A stretch of 63,539 nucleotides of DNA, counting the filler, from Pelomyxa schiedti (Eukaryota; Protista; Evosea): the NCBI GenBank assembly GCA_020536535.1. It is 10 parts of 10 records of this genome, joined end to end, with 100 filler letters (N's around TTAATTAATTAA, not from the genome) between each part and the next. Parts side by side here need not be neighbours in the genome. Positions count along the whole stretch, not along the records: positions 57,476 to 61,186 come from JAHLWZ010001700.1; positions 61,287 to 63,539 come from JAHLWZ010000378.1; 8 more parts are not named here. One strand, given 5' to 3'. Below, piece by piece: positions 57,780 through 63,539 of the stretch. The notes beneath the pieces were generated by a model. It did no database searches. It saw only the letters and a program-made list of their open reading frames with translations, and was not told the DNA's origin. The number at the start of each line of letters is the position of its first letter. The first letter of the stretch is position 1. Position numbers and translations under genes: made by a program.

Positions 57780-60361
57780 TCAGAGGAACAACTGTTGCTT
57801 CCGCAGGATTGGAGCACGACAGAATGGGCACTTCCTCACACTTGATGCACACTGTATTTTTTGTGTTGTGTTAGATGACAAACATGTTACTTGATGATGT
57901 TGGGATGTGATGTCTCTACCTCATAACAGACACTGTGTTCACAAGGATGGAACCTGATGCTACATGGCCTCTCATCGCATTCCGTGCACACAATGCACTC
58001 AAAGTTGCTGCTGGTTCCTGCTGTTGAGAAAGGAGGAGCCCCCTGCTGTTGTGACCATGTCCCTTTGGAACCGTACTTCAGGAATGTGAAGTTCACCAGC
58101 AAGTGTTGAGCACGAGGATCAACTGGGAGAGCTGAGACCACACGTAAGGGTGTGACATGAACTGCTCGTCACCCTCAAGCCCTCGCATCACCATGTACTT
58201 GCGTTTGTATGCCTCTTTGAGATCCCTGCATTTTGCACAGAGGGAGTCGATTTCATCGTGGAGCCGTTGAAAAAGAGTTGCTGTGAATGGAACTCCTTGT
58301 GGAACCCCGTGAGTTCATCAATGAGCTTCCTGCAGCTTCCAAACTTGCTGCACCCTCCTCCTTGGGATTGTGGGGCAACTTCGGTGATCTCTCTCAGCAG
58401 TGAACCAAATGATGCAGCAGAGGAGGGTGGTGGTGGGGTTCACATCAGGCAACAGCAGCCACCGCCTGAGGGTGATCAAGTTTTTGAGATCTGAGTGTGT
58501 TGTCAGTTGTGAACAAAGTTAAAAGTTAAGTTAAAAGAGCTGGAATTGATTCCACCTTGGGATGGGACTGCTCTTTCTGCATTGTTGTCTGATGAAGATG
58601 GCTTGATTACCAGAAGAAACTTCTTTGTCAACGATGAGATGTTCCTCGAACACTGCTGTATCTCTGACTCACTGCTCTCCACTGTCAGTGTTTCCCCAAG
58701 GATCTCCTTGCACCTCCTGTCGCACTCCCCAACTACTTTTTCGAGTGATTCCCTCAGAGCTGTCAAGTCCCTCAAGTGAACATCAAGTGCTTGGTTTGTT
58801 TCAGTGGCACGTTGGAGGAACTTCTGTTGCGTTGATACTGACTCCTCAAGCGAGACCAACAGAGGTGCTGCTTTTTTCAATTGTGATCGTAACTTGGTGG
58901 CAACCTTGAACGCTGTGTTCAACTCAGAGAGTGCCTCTGATTGCCTTTGGCTTGTTTCATGCGCAATGTCGTGAACAGCAGACAATTCATCAGCTCCTTC
59001 TTCCTCTTCTTTTTGCTTGGTTTGGAGTTCCTTTTTGAGTGAGTGAACCCAAGACCAAGGTTAACAAACATGCCTTTATCTTATTTTCTGCCGTCTTCAA
59101 CTCGGTTTGAAGGAGACACAGTTCAGTGTTCCATTTATTTCTTTCAATCTCTCTCAGATTTTTGTGTTCCTCTTGCAAGCTCTTTTTTTTTTATTGTGGT
59201 TAGCTTTTCAACAATTAATCAACGGGGCAAGAACCTTGATAAGCTTGCTGTGGCCTAACTGTGGCAACGATGATCCCATCACATGTGAGAGAATTCCATC
59301 AGTTCCATGAAACATGTTCCCTTGGAGAATTCCCTTGAGTCCATCACTATGAATCAACTGAAACTCTGAGGGTGAGGGTGAGAGTGTCATGACACCCTCG
59401 CCACTGTATCTCCTCACTTCGCCATCTCGTTGTTCTGAAACTTCTGTTTCATCTGTGAATGTGCCAGTGACCACACTTGTCACCGTTTGGGCACTCCATC
59501 GTGCCCTTGACTGGTGCACCCCTCTCCCACACACCAGTGAACGATGACCCATCCCTGGCCCACCTCTTCGTCCCGTTCCCGTGCTCCTTTCCATCCACCC
59601 AGTCGCCCTGATACCTGTCGCCGTTCGACCACAACCTCACACCCTCCCCATGGAACTCGTCATTCTTCCTCTCACCCACGTAGCTCCCTCCTGGGTCGTG
59701 GTGGAGTGTGCTGTTGTCACCAATGAGCATCCTCGCTGTCCCGCTCATCACATCGTGGTCCCACTCACCACAGTAGATCGTGCCTGTTTCCGGTGACCTC
59801 CACATCCCATGGCCGTGCCTCTGGCCGTTGTTCCACCAACCCTCATACACAGTCACCATCACAGCTGCTGCCTGGTTCAGCTTGGCAGCAGCAGATTCTG
59901 TGATCGAAGCTTCAATGTAGGTACCAAAAAGGTCACATCATCCATTTCCTCCACACGCCCCACCCTTGTAGTTTGTAGGATGCTGCAGACTCATCCCAAG
60001 CCCACTCGCCCTCCTTCACGTCGACTCCGTTTTCATCGTGCCACGTTCCCCTCGTGAGTCTATCCCCACGCCACAGTCCCTCGTACCGCCCCCCGTTTGT
60101 ACAGCGCACCACACCCCACCCGTCAAATTTGTTGTTGTTCCACTCGCCGTCGTACGTCACACCGTCTGGCCAGGTGTAGGTCCCTCGGCCGTGCTTCAGG
60201 CCGTCCCTCCAGTCTCCGTCGTAGGTGTGCTGGCCGCCGGGGCCCTGCCACGTGAGCTTGCCCCTGCCGTCGCGTTTGTTGTTGACCAGACGACCTGTGT
60301 ACACACCGACAGCCAACTTCGCGTTCTCAACAGACTCAACGGCACATCGTCTCGTTGCCAT
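57780..60361 (-). CDS. MORN-repeat + coiled-coil + C-terminal RING protein (possibly with frameshifts)
   Basis: YDGDWRDGLKHGRGTYTWPDGVTYDGEW; YQGDWVDGKEHGNG; CTECDERPCSIRFHPCEHSVCYE|CASSVRKCPFCR. Confidence 0.8.
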
Positions 60362-60475
60362 TGCGACACAAAAAGTAGGATGAAATTTGATCCTTCACTG
60401 TCTTGCTTGTTGCCATTTGTTAGTTTTAAAACTTAATTGGTGTACGAGAGATGAACAGCACTAGGGAACTGCAGA

Positions 60476-60980
60476 TCAGAGGACCGACTTGTGCTGGATT
60501 TGAGCACGGCAGAATGGGCACTTCCTCACGTTTGATGAGCACTGTTTGTGTTGTTGTAGTGGTGTTGTGGTGTTGGTGGCACCCACAGTTAGTTTTGGTG
60601 ATGACTGTTGTGTGGGTTGTGGTGGTGGTAAATACCTCAGAACAGCAGACAGTGTGGCCACATGGATGGAACATGACGTTGCGTGGCCTCTCATCGCACA
60701 CGATGCAATCAGTGTTGCTTGTGATGTTGATCCCTCCTTGCTTTTGTGGTTGTGGGTGATTGCTGCTGTTTGTTGCCGTTTCTGTTGTGCTTCTCGGTGG
60801 GATGGAGGCAGAGCCAGAAGCAGTTCACCCAGCCTGCTGCTGCGAACCTGGTGACACTTTCCCTGACGTGAACTTCGCCAATGTGATATCCATGACCACC
60901 TGTTGTGCACGAGGCAGCAACTCGGAGAGCTGATGCCACACATCAGGGTGTGACATGAAACTCTCGTCACCCTCAAGGTG
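60476..60980 (-). CDS. 3' end of a paralogous RING-finger gene
   Basis: CIVCDERPRNVMFHPCGHTVCCSE|CSSNVRKCPFCRAQI; homologous to 57780-58180. Confidence 0.7.
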
Positions 60981-61286
60981 TTAGCTTCTGTGGGCTCGAG
61001 AATAAGTCCCACAGAGGAAGAAAACAAGTGAGAGTGAAGAGAATAAAGAGTGTTCTCTTGTTTGTTCTCGTCGTTGTTGTAAAGGGGATAAAAAGGGAGT
61101 GTGTAAAATCTCGCAGAGCGGTTGTGCGATTGGGTTAAAAGGCTGCGATGTTCAAATGGATTCTCGGACAAGTGTGCATGTAATCANNNNNNNNNNNNNN
61201 NNNNNNNNNNNNNNNNNNNNNNNNNNNNNNTTAATTAATTAANNNNNNNNNNNNNNNNNNNNNNNNNNNNNNNNNNNNNNNNNNNN

Positions 61287-61489
61287 AGGTCAAGGTGGCC
61301 AGGGCCTGGGCAAAGTGGTACAACAAGCAGCAGCGCATGGTCAAGTTCGACAAGGCCGCGACGCCGCTGGACAAGTGCCTGTGGTCCTTTGGCTTGCGCG
61401 ACCCTGCTGACCTTAAAAAGGCTTTGAAGAAACCCCAACAGAGGTCAAAAACCAGAGGCAGAAAGCCAAAAGGAGAAACACAAAGCTAA
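61287..61489 (+). CDS. C-terminal fragment of an unknown basic protein
   Basis: GC-rich open frame from contig start to TAA, followed by an AT-rich tail. Confidence 0.4.
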
Positions 61490-61569
61490 TGAATATCCCA
61501 CTTTATTATTGCTGCCACTCTATCTATCTTTTTTTTTTTTTTTGCACATGTTGTTGATTGGAACTTATT

Positions 61570-63539
61570 CTAGTCCTCGGCATTGCCGAGATTGGCTCTC
61601 ATTCTGTCAAAGAGACCTGTCATTGTTCTGATGGCGGCTTGTGCTCCTTGTGATGTTGCCGCTGCTGCGGAGGAAGCAGCTGTGGCCGCGGAGCTTGCCG
61701 CGGCTGCCGCGGCTGTGCTGGCCGATGATGGGCCTATCAGAGAGGGAAGAGTGATGGAGCCACTAGTGGGTGCAGCCTGCGGCTGGCGTGAGGTGTTGGC
61801 CGGTGTTGCGGTTGAGCTTGCGCTTGTGGTTGATGTGGCTGCTGTGAGTCTCGCTTGGTCGGCGGCTCGGTTGAATTTGTCCACAAGGTATTGCCTATCG
61901 GGTCCTTTCAGTCCCTTTTTTGGTGGTTAGGTTGGTGCACTGGGGCACGGGTTAACAATCAACCTTCAACTCGATTATCTTTTGGAACTCTTCATCACTT
62001 GGTGCCTGTACCAGCGCCAAATAGGTTTCGATGCAAGTCTCTTGAATTAGTTTAATCTTTCTGGAAAAGAAGAAGGAAAGAACCTTGTGGAGCGCCAGCC
62101 ACCTTGAGTATTAATTCAGCTTTTGACATTTGCCCATTCACAAATTTGATAAATCGGTTGCTATGGTTTGTTAGGGGGGGAAAAAAAAAAAGCTAGGGAT
62201 TTCGTACTTGGCTTTTTTCTCCTTCCTTTCCGGTTGTGCGTCACCAAAAGGATTTACAGGTGTTGCTGTAACATTAGGAAGTTGTAAGAGGGCTGTTCGA
62301 ATTGCGGCCATGTCGAGGAGTAGACTTTGAGCACCATTTTCACTGATGCGCTTGCACCTGTACAGACGTCATCCAAGTTAGGAAAGATGGGAGAGGGATT
62401 ACTTGAAGATACAGTTTATCAACTCAGGGCAGAATGACCCAACAAATAAATCGCAGAAAAATCCATAGTGATTGACCAACCACTTGACAATTTCGGGTGC
62501 ATCACTAGCAAGGGTGGTCATGATATTAGTCACATATGTGGACTGGTCGGTTTGAGTGTCGGCCATGGTTGCCCAAGGTTGTTTGGTCATGTCTACCAAA
62601 AAAGGCTCCAATTTACAGTTGAGTAGAGTGCTCAATGTACGGACTCCTTTCGATATACAGCTGGCAATTTAGGTGAGTACAGGAAAGCTTTTGAAACTTG
62701 CCCGACTTTGCTTTAAGCTCATTCTGCTCGGCTGACATGTCAACCTTCTCTTTGAACTTGAAAGATATCCTCCGCCTCCATAAGGCACCCATCTGCTCGG
62801 TTCTAAGCCGTAAATATTCTGCAGTATTCACGATGATACCACAAAGTTCGATTTNNNNNNNNNNNNNNNNNNNNNNNNNNNNNNNNNNNNNNNNNNNNNN
62901 NNNNNNNNNNNNNNNNNNNNNNNNNNNNNNNNNNNNNNNNNNNNNNNNNNNNNNATATCCTCCGCCTCCATAAGGCACCCATCTGCTCGGTTCTAAGCCG
63001 TAAATATTCTGCAGTATTCACGATGATACCACAAAGTTCGATTTCCCGTGCTGTTAGTCGCCCGTTTTCTCTGTCTAGGGTCACGGCATTCCCACTGTAA
63101 AAACTTTACATACGGCGGAATTTTTGCACTCAAAGCTGAAGCGTAACTCCTTATGTGCCGCTTGAATACACCATTCAGCTCGAACAACGGTTGCCCATCA
63201 GACAGTTCCATACACCGCTTCATACTAGTTCGGAGGTAGTAAACAATGTCGGTACTACTGTTGAGAACCTGGGAAATGATATTTCAGTGCCAACTTTAGT
63301 ATTTCAATACATAAGAATTTACTACCTTTTGGTCATTTTCCTCCTCCACAGTCCATTTTTCCTCACTCAGAGAATTAGAAATGAATTTTGCTATGTTCCT
63401 GAAAAAGCAAGTAAGACAAAGAGCATTAAACCTACCTAAAACAACATACTTGTCCTCTTGTGAGACATACAAATCCATATAAGGATCGAAGCAAGAGGAT
63501 ATCACTCGTTTGAATTTAACTGGGGGTGGTGCGACAGCA
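61570..63539 (-). CDS. VPS53: GARP/EARP complex subunit Vps53, 3' part
   Basis: ISSCFDPYMDLYVSQED, IIVNTAEY, DQSTYV, CKRISENGAQSLLLD, MSKAELILKV. Confidence 0.9.

Noticed and set aside
62766-63043. Direct repeat within VPS53 on both sides of an N gap
   Set aside because: Identical ~89-bp overlap flanking a 100-N gap is a typical scaffolding artefact.

Overview
Intron-rich eukaryotic (protist) DNA with short GT-AG introns. The expanded MORN, RING, ankyrin and TKL-kinase families and a recurrent 'DQF..L..SHPRCG..SPAR' N-terminal motif remind me of the archamoeba Pelomyxa, but that is an unverified inference. The window is not contiguous: ten contigs are joined by N44-TTAATTAATTAA-N44 linkers, and there are four 100-N scaffold gaps. 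Recognisable content: a Cys-rich/ankyrin gene; a degenerate kinesin-motor + coiled-coil + two-RGS gene; a cluster of TKL kinase paralogues; tandem RING/B-box/coiled-coil/filamin/TLDc (TRIM-like) genes co-duplicated with NMNAT; Ty3/Gypsy remnants and solo LTRs; an Fe/Mn-SOD pseudogene; a dynamin/mitofusin-like GTPase; a DUF1152 gene; an AAMDC/Mth938-like gene; U2 snRNA; a metallophosphoesterase; MORN-RING genes; and VPS53. Main discovery: the apparent ~100-bp satellite at 23.9-25.5 kb reads on the minus strand as an array of complete introns separating single-codon (3-nt) microexons. It continues into three non-repetitive 3-nt microexons and one 6-nt microexon, all phase 0, which feed the beta-hairpin of an ankyrin repeat of an ankyrin-kinase. 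This is a candidate splicing-based, codon-by-codon receptor diversification system.
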